A DNA stretch of 64,000 bases, taken from the IMG/VR virus record IMGVR_UViG_3300036826_000588, positions 25,828 to 89,827 of that record, one strand, 5' to 3'. The DNA comes from a virus. The notes below the pieces were generated by a model. It made no database searches, had not been told where the DNA came from, and saw only the letters and a list, made by a program, of their open reading frames with translations. Position 1 is the first letter of the stretch; the number at the start of each line of letters is the position of its first letter. A program made the translations under genes and the position numbers. Of the stretch, positions 50,378-61,507 are shown in pieces.

Positions 50378-51126
50378 GCCAGGTAGCGCTCCAGCGGGCG
50401 GACGTCAGCGGCCAGCGTCAGCGAGGGCACTTCGACGCCGGCCGCGCGGCCCAGGGCCTTCACGGTCCTCCAGACGTCGCCGCGCGCCATGCGTCGGCCG
50501 GTGCTGGTGACGAACAGCGGGTCGTGAAGCGCGAGCTCGCGGGAGAGCTGGGCCGCGATGACGTCGGCGCGCAGCTCCAGGTGGCGTTGTAGCACCTGGA
50601 GCGTGCCGGCGGTCAGGAGCAGCCCGCGGGCACGGCGACCGGGGACCTGGAGCGAGCCGTCAAGGGCGAGGTCCACGTTGCCGACCGACAGAGCGCCCAC
50701 CTCGGTCGCACCCAGGCTGTGGATCAGCAGGAGCCGCATCAGGGCCTCCTGCTGGACGCCTGCTGCCCGAGCAGCGCGCAGCAAGGCCCGTGCCGTCTCC
50801 ACCTGGAGGCGTGGGAGCTTCTGGCGCGTCACGGCCGGCGGCGGCCGCACGCCCTCGGTGGGGTTCCGATGGAGGAGCCCTTCCTCCTGGGCCATCCGGA
50901 AGAACGCCCGGATCGCGGCCAGCCGACGACGTACGGTGTGGCCCGACTCTCCTGATTCGTCCACCCACCGCTGCACGTCTTCGCCAGCCGCGCGCACGAC
51001 CGAGAAGCCTTGCGCGTTGCACCACTCAGCGAAGACGCCCAGGTCGCGCCTGTACGCGGTCCAGGTGGCGCCGCTCAGGTGAGTGCGTGCTGCCTCCAGG
51101 ATCCGCAGCTCCTCGGCCGAGATCAC
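50374..51126 (-). CDS. degenerate XerD-like integrase (SAM-like domain, catalytic residues missing)
   Basis: TWTAYRRDL, TVRRRLAAIRAFF, NPT; no HxxR or catalytic Tyr box. Confidence 0.7.
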   Translation of the reverse strand: MISAEELRILEAARTHLSGATWTAYRRDLGVFAEWCNAQGFSVVRAAGEDVQRWVDESGESGHTVRRRLAAIRAFFRMAQEEGLLHRNPTEGVRPPPAVTRQKLPRLQVETARALLRAARAAGVQQEALMRLLLIHSLGATEVGALSVGNVDLALDGSLQVPGRRARGLLLTAGTLQVLQRHLELRADVIAAQLSRELALHDPLFVTSTGRRMARGDVWRTVKALGRAAGVEVPSLTLAADVRPLERYLA

Positions 51127-53279
51127 GAAGCCTCCTTCAGCAGTTCGAGCAGCTCGTGGCGAGCTTCGGCCGACGTGACCTCGTCGGCGAGGCATGACCG
51201 GGCCCACTCGCGCGCCGCGTCGTTCTCCCCGGCCTTCATCAGCAGCGAGCAGGCCGAGACTGCGATGGCTCCGCGCGTTCGTGGCAGGTTGAGCGGGATG
51301 GCGTCGAATGCGGCGCGCTCCCAGCGGGCGGCGAAACGCCGCGCGGCGGCCAGCAGGCGCCGGTCCTCTGAGCCGAGGACGTCTGCCATGCCCATCCAGT
51401 ATTCGGCGCGCCGGTGCAGCGACAACGAGTCCGTGACCGGATGGTGCTCGCCACTGGCATTCGTCACCCCCTCCCTCCCTCGTGCTTCTTGTGCCACCGG
51501 TAGTGCGGCGTCGGCATCACGCGCTCGCGGTCGACGATGGCGTAGCCCCGACCGTCGATGGTCATGATGGCGAGGGGGTCCGGATCTGCGTCGAGCACCG
51601 CCAATCGCTGCTCGGCGCCGGGGGGTTGGTGCACGATGCGGATTGGTTCACCGCAATACTTGCACGACGTCACCGCGGCGGGGCAGGCGTGCTTCACGTA
51701 CTGCCCGTCTCCGTGCGCCACGAAGACAATCTCACCTCCGAAAAGGGCCATGTTGGACTGCCCGTCGTCGGCCTGGACCCCACGCTCCAGCTTTATGATC
51801 CAGCCCAGGTGTCGGCGCATTCGCTCCGCGGCGGCCGGCGAGAGCGGCGCGGTCCAGATCAGCGTGCCGCACGCGTTACAGAATTGCTCGCGGATCCCCG
51901 CCGGCAGCACGTCAGCCGTCATCGCGCACCTCATAGGAGACCAGGGCGGCCAGCACGCGCAGGCACGTCTCCGGATCGACGTCCGTGCGCTCGGCCACTC
52001 GGGCGGCCGACGCCGAGAGGAAGCCCAGGGCCTCGTCGCTCATCGTGGCGGAGCCGCCGGCCGCCAACACGATCGAGCCCACCTCGTTCTTGTCCAGCTT
52101 CAGCTTGAGCGGGTGCAGCAGCCGGGCGACGCGGTCGATGCGACCGAACCACCGAACGCCCGCGAGCACTGCGTTCTCGCGGACCTTCGACTCTCCCTTG
52201 TGGATCAGCCCCGCCTCTTGCTCCAGCTTCTTCGCGGCACTGGAGAGGTCGCCCGCCTTGTCCCAGAGGTAGTGCCAGTTGCCGTCCCTGATGGCCATCG
52301 CGCAGCGCCCCATGTAGTCGCAGACCCACAGGTACTGCTCGACCAGGCGCAGCTCGGGGGTGGTCAGCGTGGGCTCTCCGCTCATGGCAGCCTCGGGAAC
52401 GAGCCGGGCTTCACGTGCTCGCGCGAGTGCAGGAGAGCCGTCTCCACCGGGATCCAGTCCTGCCGGTAGTCGCATGCGGGACACCAGAGGTAGACCGCCT
52501 GGCGCTCCGCGTCCCAGCAGGGCAGCAGCAGGGGCCGGTGTTCGCTCTCGTTGGCGCACGTGAGCGGGTGAACCAGCGTGTCGAGCTGCCAGCGCGCGAG
52601 CGCCTCCATGAGCGTCAGGCTCTCTGCCAGCTTCTTGGGGTCCGGAGCGCTCATCGAGACGAGCTCCATGGGTAGTGCTGGCCGCGGCGGCAGAACGCCT
52701 CGCCGCCCTTCCACACGGTCGGCCAGGAGGGGTGGACGAGGCAGTCCATGCCTGTCGGTGCCGGCAGTCGCTGCCCGTTCAGGACAATGAACTGCCCGTC
52801 CTTCGACGGCGGCGTGGGTGGATCGGGTCGGTTCGTCGTCGTCATCCTCCTCCTCGCCGCTCGGCACGCTCTTCGGCCGTCAGCGGCCCAAGAACGAACG
52901 CCATGGCGTTGTGGGCCGCTCGTAGCTCCACCGCCGCCTTCTCGATCGTATCGCTCCCGCCGGCCATCGCCACCAGTACGGTCGCGATGCTGGTCTCCAG
53001 GTCGCGGCCGCGCTCCACATCGAGCGTGCCCCGGTTCTGCTCGCGCTTCAGCCAGTCGCGCATCCCGTCGAGCGCCTGTGGCATCCGCTCCAGGACGTAG
53101 GCGAGCGAGGCGACAAGGTCGTACACCTCGCTCGCGTGCTGGAGTGTGCCCAGCGAGTGGTTGACCTGACGCAGGCTCTCGCCGGCCAGGTTGGCAGCGC
53201 GGTGGGTGGTGCTGCGCCCGGCGTACCCGAGCGCGGTCCAGGGCGGCGTGTCGAGTTGCAGCCTCCGATCTTCCGTCAT
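51123..53279 (-). other. run of small hypothetical phage CDS
   Basis: Overlapping ORFs 51123-51497, 51464-51934, 51912-52385, 52842-53279 and others. Confidence 0.55.
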
Positions 53280-53797
53280 GCAGCGACTCCTTGAGGACGA
53301 GAGAGCTTCAGAAGCATCTCGTCCACCTTCTCCGGCGGCAGCGGCGTTCCGTTGCGGATGTCTCGCCTCACTTTCTCCAGGCAGCGGCCCAGGTAGTTGG
53401 TGCCGATCCACTGCTGCCCATCCCACCGGGCACCCCAGATAACGTCTGGCCGTCGTCGCCGGGTCGTGTCCTCGATCAGCGGTGCATCGCCGGTCGCGAG
53501 CAGGCAACGGGCGAGGTGCGCGTTGCCGAACTTCTTCCGCAGCAGGAGGAGCATGATCGGGACCTTCACTTGCTCCCAGTCAGGGCGGAGCTCCAGGCAG
53601 CGCCCGAGGTACTTTGCCCGACTCGGGTTGGGCGCGGCCGCGATTTCCAGGCGCTTCGCTCGATCGAACGTCTTCAGCGCCTGGAAAGGATGCTCGACCA
53701 TCGGGTACTGGATCTCGTCGATAACGAGACGCGAGGGCGAGAAGTTCGAGAGGAACAGGTAGGGCCCGTCGAACTGCGTGATGGGGAGCGTCACCAC
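53276..53797 (-). CDS. NADAR (YbiA-like) family protein
   Basis: FLSNF, VEHPFQALK, AKYLGR, RPDW, LLATGDAPLIE, WG, GTNYLG. Confidence 0.92.
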   Translation of the reverse strand: MVTLPITQFDGPYLFLSNFSPSRLVIDEIQYPMVEHPFQALKTFDRAKRLEIAAAPNPSRAKYLGRCLELRPDWEQVKVPIMLLLLRKKFGNAHLARCLLATGDAPLIEDTTRRRRPDVIWGARWDGQQWIGTNYLGRCLEKVRRDIRNGTPLPPEKVDEMLLKLSRPQGVAA

Positions 53798-54646
53798 CGC
53801 CCCTCCCTTCGGTCTCGCCTCCGACGTCCGTCCCAGCCGGCTCGTGCGGCCTCTGACCGAGAACGTCCGAGTTGCCTGTGCTGGACGATGGGCGGATCTG
53901 GCCGCTCGCGACGTTCCGTGAGTGACGAAGTGCATGTCACGCAGATCGAGAAATGGATCACGCCATGGGGACAGACGCCAGTGGCGACCTCCTCGGGTGT
54001 GCGTCGAACCCAAGGCGCGTCAGTCATCCCCAGCCTCCTCTTGCTCACTACACCAGGCGCACCAAGCCACGTGGGCGGCGGTCGGCGTCATGTAGCGCTT
54101 CACGTAGACCGGCAGGCCCGGACCTGGAAGTCGCTGCTCGCGTTCCTCGATGAGCCCCTTCCGCACCAGGGCCCGCAGCGTGGCAGGGTGGTGGCCGGCG
54201 TCCTCGTTGATGGCGATGAATCCGAGCACGTCACGCTGCCGCTCCGTCAGGGCGGCAATGTCGCGGACGGTGACCACCTGCTCAGCCACGAGGCGACCGC
54301 GCCCGCGGAGCCGGCGGCGGCTGACCCGCCAGCGCTGCCTTCAGCACCCGCACTGCGTACTGCGTGGCGCGCCTGTTTACGGCGCCATCGCCGATCCGCA
54401 GTATCGCCTCCATGGTCTCGTGCTCCTGCGCTTCGATCACCCGCTGGGCCGCCTGCATGAGATGGGGCAGGCCCAGCGGGCGGTTGCACCAGCCGGCCAT
54501 GATGTCGAGCGCGCTGCGCACCCGCTCGTCCAGCGTCTCGGGCAGCTCCGCCGTGCCCAGCTCGTCGAGCACGTCGTACACGAGAGCCAAGCCAGGGTGC
54601 GTGGGGCGGTGCCCGTCGTCGCTCATCTTCGCCTCCAGCCGATCCG

Positions 54647-55597
54647 TCACGATGTGGCCGCCCGCCGTCGCGGCGCCTCCTCGCGGAACACCTCCCAGAA
54701 GGTTCTCCGTGCGACCGGCTTCAGCTCGGGCCGTTCCCACAGGTGGTTCCCGATGCGTCGATCCGTGAACTGCAAGAGCTTTCCGTCCAGCTCGGTGGGC
54801 ACCTGCCAACCGGTGTTCTGGAGCACCCGATCGATATCCGGGGGCGTGGCGTCCTCCAGCAACTCCCGAGCGAAAGCGGCGCCTGCCTCCTTGGCCTGAA
54901 CCATGAAGGAGTCCACCTCCGTCTCGACGGTTTGCAAAAGCGCAGCCGCTTCAGGGTGACGGGCGGCGGCTGCCGCGAACGCTGCGACCATGCCAGGGTT
55001 CGGAGGCGCCTGGTGTCGGACTCGTGGCCGCTCCGCCGCACCAGCCTGCGCGAACACAACCGCTGCGGCGCGCGCAGTCGGTCGGAAATGCGCCTTCCAG
55101 AACGCCTCGGACAGCTCGCAGCGGCTGTCCGCCTGCTGGCGCAGCAGAAGGCTCTGGTTGATCCCCGGCACGCCGATCAGCGAAACACGTACGCCGTGGT
55201 CCTGCGCTTCCGCGACCCCTTCAACGAGGTCTTCGTCGCCCGCCACGAGGTGAATCTCCACGACCGCGTCGTCGCGGGCCAGAACGATCAGGTCGCGCAC
55301 GATCTGGCTGTCCACGCCCTTCTGTGCACCGCGGACCAGGCGGCCCAGGCGCAGGCGCACGCCGGGCTCGTCGGCCAGCACCTGCTGGTCATGCTCAGGC
55401 TGGCCGCTCAGGCTGGCGTCGTACCAGTACGTGCGCAACAACGGCAATGAAGTGAAGTCGGAAACCTTGGCTGTCAGCGCCTTGACGAGGCCGCTCAGGT
55501 CGGCCGAAATCAGGTGGCGGTCGGGGGCACCGGCCACGAGCTCGCCCACCGAGGCGAACACGTAGCCGGCGTCGACCAGGATGGCGCACCTATCCAT
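54647..55597 (-). CDS. NYN (LabA/DUF88 PIN-like) domain protein
   Basis: ILVDAGY, YWYD, QKGVD, LVAGDEDL, GVRV. Confidence 0.9.
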   Translation of the reverse strand: MDRCAILVDAGYVFASVGELVAGAPDRHLISADLSGLVKALTAKVSDFTSLPLLRTYWYDASLSGQPEHDQQVLADEPGVRLRLGRLVRGAQKGVDSQIVRDLIVLARDDAVVEIHLVAGDEDLVEGVAEAQDHGVRVSLIGVPGINQSLLLRQQADSRCELSEAFWKAHFRPTARAAAVVFAQAGAAERPRVRHQAPPNPGMVAAFAAAAARHPEAAALLQTVETEVDSFMVQAKEAGAAFARELLEDATPPDIDRVLQNTGWQVPTELDGKLLQFTDRRIGNHLWERPELKPVARRTFWEVFREEAPRRRAATS

Positions 55598-56814
55598 CGG
55601 TGCCCGTCAGCTCCCTCTGCCGGCGCTTCAGGTCTTCCTCATCGCGCCACAGGCCCATGATCGAGCCCCAACGCCTCTCGGCCTTGGCCAGATCGGCCAG
55701 CGTGAGTGCACCGCCCCAGTCGCCGTTCTGGACGGCAGCCAGCAGCTCATCCAGCCCCAGCGCGATCAGCCGGGATTCCTCCTCCTCGACAGCGATCGGA
55801 CGTGGTTGCGACCTCGTCGCCCGGTGCCGCACCGGGTCGGCCTGGTACTCGCCTTCCGCCAGCTCGTGCAGCTCTCGAAGCTCGGCTCCTGTGACAGGCT
55901 CGCCATCGATCGAGATCGGGTTGCCGTCGATTGACAGCCGGTCGGGGAGTCGCTCGACACTGCCGGCCAGGCCGCGAATCAGCACCTGGATGATGGCGCG
56001 CTGGCGTGCGTTGAGGCGCCTACTCGACATCTTCGCGCTCCACCAGCTCGCGCAGCCGCGCCAGCACCATGTAGGGCACCGAGATGGCCGGCCGTTCCGG
56101 CTCCATCATCGACTCGGGGTACTGGATGCCGGCGCCGTACGACACCACCTCGCGCGCGGCTCCCTCGACGAGGACCAGCCGCACCTTCGCATCCGCCTTG
56201 TCGTTCGCGTGTGGAGCGCGGTCCACCTCTTCCAACTCGTCCATCAGGTGCTGTGTGACCGTCAGCGCCTCCGCGGAGTTGACGCGGTTCCCGTCGAACT
56301 CCGCTCGACGGTCGGTCTCGTACGCCAGGCTGGCGACTTCGTGCGCCCCCCTCACGATCCGCTCCAGGTCGGCTGCCCGCCGGCCGCTACGCCGGGCGAG
56401 ATCCTCCATGCGGTCGATGACCTCTCCGTCCCGCATCTTCGATGCGAGTAGCAGATCGGCCAGTGCCTGGCAGCTCTCCTCCAGCTCCGTGAAGCGGGCG
56501 CGGATCTCGGTCGCTGCGACGTTCGCGCTGACCGGATCCTCGCGTCCTTCGAACACGAGCTCCAGGCGGCGATCCAGGTCGAAGTGCTCGCCATACCGTA
56601 GCCGGCCCTCCACACCGTTCGGGCCGTGGAAGCCGGCTGTCGCGAACGGACCGCAGCCCGGCTTGGGATGGAAGCCCGCGACACGCTCGGCCTGGATGTA
56701 CTCGTCCTGCGTGACCTCGCGCCATTTGTCGCTGGGCCCGTTGCGGAGGAAGAAGCGGTTAGCCACGAACCACCTCCAGAACGGAAGGACCGGCGGAGGC
56801 CGGTGACCTTGCGA

Positions 56815-58011
56815 TCACCGGCTACCGCCTGCGCCCGGGGCCGTCATCGGCATGATGGTGTGCCGATACACGATCGGCTGGGACTCCGGCACCAGCATTC
56901 CCGGGGCGGTCGGGCTCAGCAAGTGCAGCTCGACGTTGGCCGTGTCCATCGAGCCCAGCGCGTCCAGCAGGTAGAGCGCATTGAAGCTGATCTGCATCGG
57001 AAAGGCGGCGCCGTCGGTCTTGATGGCTACCTTGGCCTTGCTCTCGCCCAGTCCCTGGCGCTGACACGTCAGCCGCATGGAGTCCTGTTCGATCGCCACC
57101 CTCACCACGTGGGCGTCCTCACTGGTCGGCAGCACTACCTTCAGCGCCTGCTTCAGCTCGTCGGCGCTGACGGTGACCTTGAGCCACGGGTCCGTGGGAT
57201 GGGGCACCTGGGGGAAAGCCTTCGCGTAGTTCGGGAACGTGCCGTCGAGCAGCCGCGAGTTCATCTCGGTCGTAGGCGTGCGGAACGCCACGAGATTGCC
57301 CGCGCCCGCCACCAGGATCTCGACGTCGCCGCTCTCGCCCTTGAACGTGCGAGGCAGCTCGCGGATCGCCCGGAGGGGCACGATGATGCGGCAGTCGACA
57401 CCGTCGGCGTTGACGTGGAACTGGCGCTCGGCCAGTCGGTGGTTGTCCACCGCCGCCAGCGTCAGCGTGCCGCCCTGGAGGACGAACAGCGCGCCGGCTC
57501 GCGAGGGGGTGTTCTCCTTCTCGGGGATCGCCTCGTCGATCTGGCTGATGCCGTACAGGAGGTCCACCAGCGGCACCGTGACCTGATCGCGGGGCACGAT
57601 CTCCTGGCCAGGCGGGAACTCGGAGGCGATCGTGCCGATCATGCGGGTCTCGTAGTCGCCGCACGACAGCACGAGGGTCAGCATCTTGTCGTTGTCGGGG
57701 TCCTGCTCCAGAGTCAGCTCCAGCAGCTCGCTGTTCGGCAGGTTGCTGACGAAGTCCGCCAGCGGCTTCGCGAGGACGCAGACGCTGCCCTCGGTGCTGA
57801 CCACGGCCTCCACCAGCTTGCGAAGGCCGGTCTCCAGGTTGGTCGCGCGCACGTACAGCCCGTCCTCCGTGGCCTCCAGGAGGACGTTGTTCAGGGCGGC
57901 TGAGACCGCGCGCGGCGGGATGATGCGCAGAGCGGCTCCCAGCGCCGTGGAGAGCGCTCCCGGCTGCGTGGTGAGCTGCATGGTGACGATGGGGGTGTAC
58001 GTGGTCGGCAT
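56815..58011 (-). CDS. dnaN: DNA polymerase III beta sliding clamp
   Basis: ATNLE, AVDNHRLA, SRLLDGTFPNY, ISFNALYLLDAL, IMPM. Confidence 0.93.
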   Translation of the reverse strand: MPTTYTPIVTMQLTTQPGALSTALGAALRIIPPRAVSAALNNVLLEATEDGLYVRATNLETGLRKLVEAVVSTEGSVCVLAKPLADFVSNLPNSELLELTLEQDPDNDKMLTLVLSCGDYETRMIGTIASEFPPGQEIVPRDQVTVPLVDLLYGISQIDEAIPEKENTPSRAGALFVLQGGTLTLAAVDNHRLAERQFHVNADGVDCRIIVPLRAIRELPRTFKGESGDVEILVAGAGNLVAFRTPTTEMNSRLLDGTFPNYAKAFPQVPHPTDPWLKVTVSADELKQALKVVLPTSEDAHVVRVAIEQDSMRLTCQRQGLGESKAKVAIKTDGAAFPMQISFNALYLLDALGSMDTANVELHLLSPTAPGMLVPESQPIVYRHTIMPMTAPGAGGSR

Positions 58012-58014
58012 CGC

Positions 58015-58485
58015 CTAGAAGGGGATGTCGTCCGGGTCGACGTCGCGGACGCCACCGGCGAACTGCGACTCGTCGTCCGAGGCGAACCCAGCGCCAACGC
58101 CGGCCGGCTGCGGCTCGCGCTGGCCGCTCTCGCCGCCGCCGCGGCCGTCCAGGAACTGCACGTCGTTGGCGATCACCTCTGTGGTGCGCCGCTTCTGGCC
58201 GTCCTGACCCTCCCACGAGCGGGTTTGGAGTCGGCCCTCGATGTAGACGAGGGAGCCCTTCTTCAGGTACTGCGCGACGATCTCGGCCAGGTTTCGCCGG
58301 CCGATGTTCCAGGCCACGATGTTGTGGAAGTCGGTGAACTCGCGCCTCTCCCCGCCGTTCGGATCGGCCTGGTAGCGGTTGGTCGCGAGGCCGAAGCTGG
58401 TCATGGGCTGCCCGCTCGGCAAGTAGCGCATCTCCGGATCGCGCGTCAGCCTGCCGATGAGCATGACCTTGTTCAGGTTGCTCAA
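58015..58485 (-). CDS. ssb: single-stranded DNA-binding protein
   Basis: LNKVMLIGRLTRDPE, KGSLVYIEGRLQTRSW, DDIPF tail. Confidence 0.96.
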   Translation of the reverse strand: MSNLNKVMLIGRLTRDPEMRYLPSGQPMTSFGLATNRYQADPNGGERREFTDFHNIVAWNIGRRNLAEIVAQYLKKGSLVYIEGRLQTRSWEGQDGQKRRTTEVIANDVQFLDGRGGGESGQREPQPAGVGAGFASDDESQFAGGVRDVDPDDIPF

Positions 58486-59433
58486 GTGTGATCCTCCTTT
58501 GTCGCAACTACGGCTCTGGTCAAGCCTCTCAAGTGTACTACGAAAACGCCTGTTACGTACCGTTCAGGAGTGCGCCCAACAGCATCGATTCCGACGGCAA
58601 GATGGTAGCGCTCATACGAGAATCGTAGCCGCGCGTCCCGCGTCCAGCAAGCCCGCGCACATCAGCCCTGGTGAAACACGTTGCACTTGCCGCAGAAGCG
58701 GTGCCGGACGTCGTTCGCGTTCCAGCTCGCGAGACCGCATCGCGCACAGGTGATCGCAGGCAGCTCGGGAAAGATGAGGCACCCGGGCTGCCCGAGCCGC
58801 GGGAACCCGATGTCAGTGTTGGAGCCGCTGAGGCCGTGCAGCGCCAGGTAGTACCGGGCGACCACGAAGCTCTCTTCTCCTACAGTCCATGTGAGGGTCG
58901 GTCCGTGCCGGTGGACCATCTCCTCGGTGAACCGTTGCGCGTCCGGATCCCTGAAGTGCGCCCACGCTTCACCACAGGGGCAGTGCTCCAGGATGATGCC
59001 CCTCGGTCGCCCCCCGCCCGTCATCCGGCATCCTCCAGTCGCTGCGGACCCGGCCGCCGGTAGCCGTACATGTCCGGCTCGACGTCGGGCAGCGTCACGA
59101 GGGTGGACAGTTCGCCCAGCGTCTCCAGCGGCTGTCGGTAGAGCCAGGTCAGGAACGCCTCGAACAGCACGCAGACGTGGATCTGGTGTCGGTCCAGGTC
59201 CGCCTTGGCGAGGCCGCCGTGTCGGAAGCAGGCACCCTCGCCGGTCGCGAGATCCAGCACCCAAACGTGCTGCCGGCTCCAGCCACATCGGGCGACGAGC
59301 GAGCGGTCCAGGCCCTGGTCGCCGTCGAGGATGCAGCGCTGCGCCCACTCGTGCTCCTCAAAGACCCCCGCCAGGAACTTGCCGTGATTGAACCCTCCGC
59401 GGCGCTTCTGCGTAGCTTCGAATATGAACGTCT

Positions 59434-59868
59434 TCACGACTGTCGCGCCGCCATCTGAGCGAACTCCAGCGCGGCCGCCGGCTCCAGCGGGCCGCAAGCG
59501 AAGGCGCCGCTCCGCGCCAGCAGGACCAACGCCTCCACCTCGGTCAGGTAGCGTTCGGGCCGGCAGCCCCACGGGCACATCATCGTCTCGGTCACGCCCC
59601 ACAGCCGGCAGATGAGCGGCCGGAGGTCCCGGACGCTGCACAGCCCGGCGTCCGTGAGCATCGGACACCGGTCTGGGCACGTCGGGTCGCTTCGCGGCGT
59701 GTAGCCCAGTTCGGCGATGATCCGGTCGAACTCCGGGCCAGCCATCCAGATGTTCTCGCAGTAGCGCTGGCATCGCTGCTGGCACTCGATCTCGGGGACG
59801 GCGGCGTAGAGCTCCGCGAGCACCTCCGGGGTTGCGAGCTTCGGGTGGCGGCCGACGCGAATCGTCAC
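59434..59868 (-). CDS. YkgJ-family Cys-cluster protein (paralog of 33744)
   Basis: CQQRCQRYC...CPML...CSVRDLRPLICRLWG. Confidence 0.8.
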   Translation of the reverse strand: MTIRVGRHPKLATPEVLAELYAAVPEIECQQRCQRYCENIWMAGPEFDRIIAELGYTPRSDPTCPDRCPMLTDAGLCSVRDLRPLICRLWGVTETMMCPWGCRPERYLTEVEALVLLARSGAFACGPLEPAAALEFAQMAARQS

Positions 59869-60346
59869 TGCGGAACGTCCTCCTCCATGCACCGCGTAGG
59901 ATGCCATGTCGATTCGGTCGCGTGGTATGCCTGCCGGTACGCCTGGTCCCCGGCCACCTGGACTTGCTCCTGGCCGGCTCCACGGCCTACCGCTTCCTGG
60001 CGAGCGTTCCTGGAAGCGACCGCGGCGCTCTGTCGACGGGCCCTCTCTTCGCGCCGGGCAGAAACCACCATGGCGGCCTCTGCCGGCGTCATGAACTCCG
60101 CAAGGGGGCGTGCCAGAACAGCTCGGTTTGCCGTATCGGCAGCACTACTCGCCTGGCGTCGATCTCCTCCGATGGCCCTCGCCGCAGTCTTGGCTTCTCG
60201 TGCAGCTTGGCTGGCTGCTCGGGAACGTGCCTTGATAGCACCTCGGACAGCGGCCCCCGCCGCTGTCCGGCGCGGAGGGGGCGGCAGGCGCTCCTCCGCG
60301 CCGGACACGTCCAAGCACAGGCTGAGCTGGCGTTCGTTCTCGTCCA

Positions 60347-61168
60347 TCAGCTCGAACTCCGGGTTGTGGATTCCTTGCTGGCCTCGTACTCAGCCCGGAC
60401 ACGCTCCTGAATCGCCTGGAGTTCCTCGGGCTTCCAGCATCGGCGGACTTCAGGAGGGGGGCTCGGTACCGGACGGACGGACGGACGGGGAGGAGACGCT
60501 TCTAGCGCTGCGGGGATGATCGCTACGGCGCGGTGAAGGTTCGGGTCGGCCGGCGGGCCCTCCCGCTCGGCGCCTGCGGCAGCCTGCTGTGCGCGCAGGG
60601 CGGCCGCCCGAGCGCGCAACTCGGCGGCACGCTCGGCAGCTTGGTCAGCGCGGCTGAGCCGGCGACGTGGCCGACCGTTCCTCGCTCCGCCGCCGTCAGA
60701 GGCCCAACGCAGTGGGGTCACCCCCCTCAAGGGGGGTAGGGGGGGTCTCTCTGTTCCCTGACTGTTCTCTTCCTGATTGTTTGGGTCCGGCTGCTGGATA
60801 GGAGGGGTATCCGGGATCTGGATAGGGGGGTCCGGCTGCTGTATAGGTCGTGAACCGACATATCCGGCTCCCGGATAGGTCGTGGCGGCGTCTTCGGCGG
60901 GCCCCTGGGGCATCACGAGCCGGTAGGAGACGATGCCCCGGCTCCCCTCCCCCTCCGGCGCGATGAGGCCCAGATCCTTCAGTCGGCTGAGAGCGGTGAA
61001 GACGGTGCTGCGGGCGAGCCGGGTCTCCTTGGCCAGGGTCGCGGTGCTCGGGAAGGCGTGGGTGCCGTCGTCGTGGGAGTGGTGCGCCAGAGCCACGAGC
61101 ACGAAGGCGTCAGCGGTGTTCGTCACGGGGGCTTCGGTGAGTGCCCAGCGCACGGCCTGGAAGCTCAT
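60347..61168 (-). CDS. phage replication initiator (HTH_36/RepA-like)
   Basis: MSFQAVRWA...VLVALAHH...AFPSTATLAKET.L.RSTV; internal iterons. Confidence 0.85.
   Translation of the reverse strand: MSFQAVRWALTEAPVTNTADAFVLVALAHHSHDDGTHAFPSTATLAKETRLARSTVFTALSRLKDLGLIAPEGEGSRGIVSYRLVMPQGPAEDAATTYPGAGYVGSRPIQQPDPPIQIPDTPPIQQPDPNNQEENSQGTERPPLPPLRGVTPLRWASDGGGARNGRPRRRLSRADQAAERAAELRARAAALRAQQAAAGAEREGPPADPNLHRAVAIIPAALEASPPRPSVRPVPSPPPEVRRCWKPEELQAIQERVRAEYEASKESTTRSSS
60786..60879. repeat. four iteron-like direct repeats (putative origin)
   Basis: TCCGG-N5-G(G/T)ATAGG at 60786, 60810, 60831 and 60863. Confidence 0.75.
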
Positions 61169-61507
61169 CGGGTTGGCACCGTTGCCAGTGTCCCGAAGCT
61201 GATCTGTGGCGCTTCCGAACTCGAAAGGGGCTTGATTGGAGCAGGGACGTAGAGGTACACTGTGCTTGGTCGCACCGGTATTCGACTCCTTACACGACGG
61301 TTGCGACGGGGACTCGGTGCCCCGATCGGAGGGTGGTGGTACACCCTCTGGTCACTCCCGAGGCTGCCGGCCTCGCTGATTGGATCCAGCGAGGCCGGTT
61401 CCTTTGAACCGGGTTACGGGGTAGCGTACCCCTTTGCCCCGACTACCGCAACAGTATCGCTACTGGTGGGGGTAGCCCTGGGGCCGAAGCCCCAGGGCTT
61501 GCGGGGC

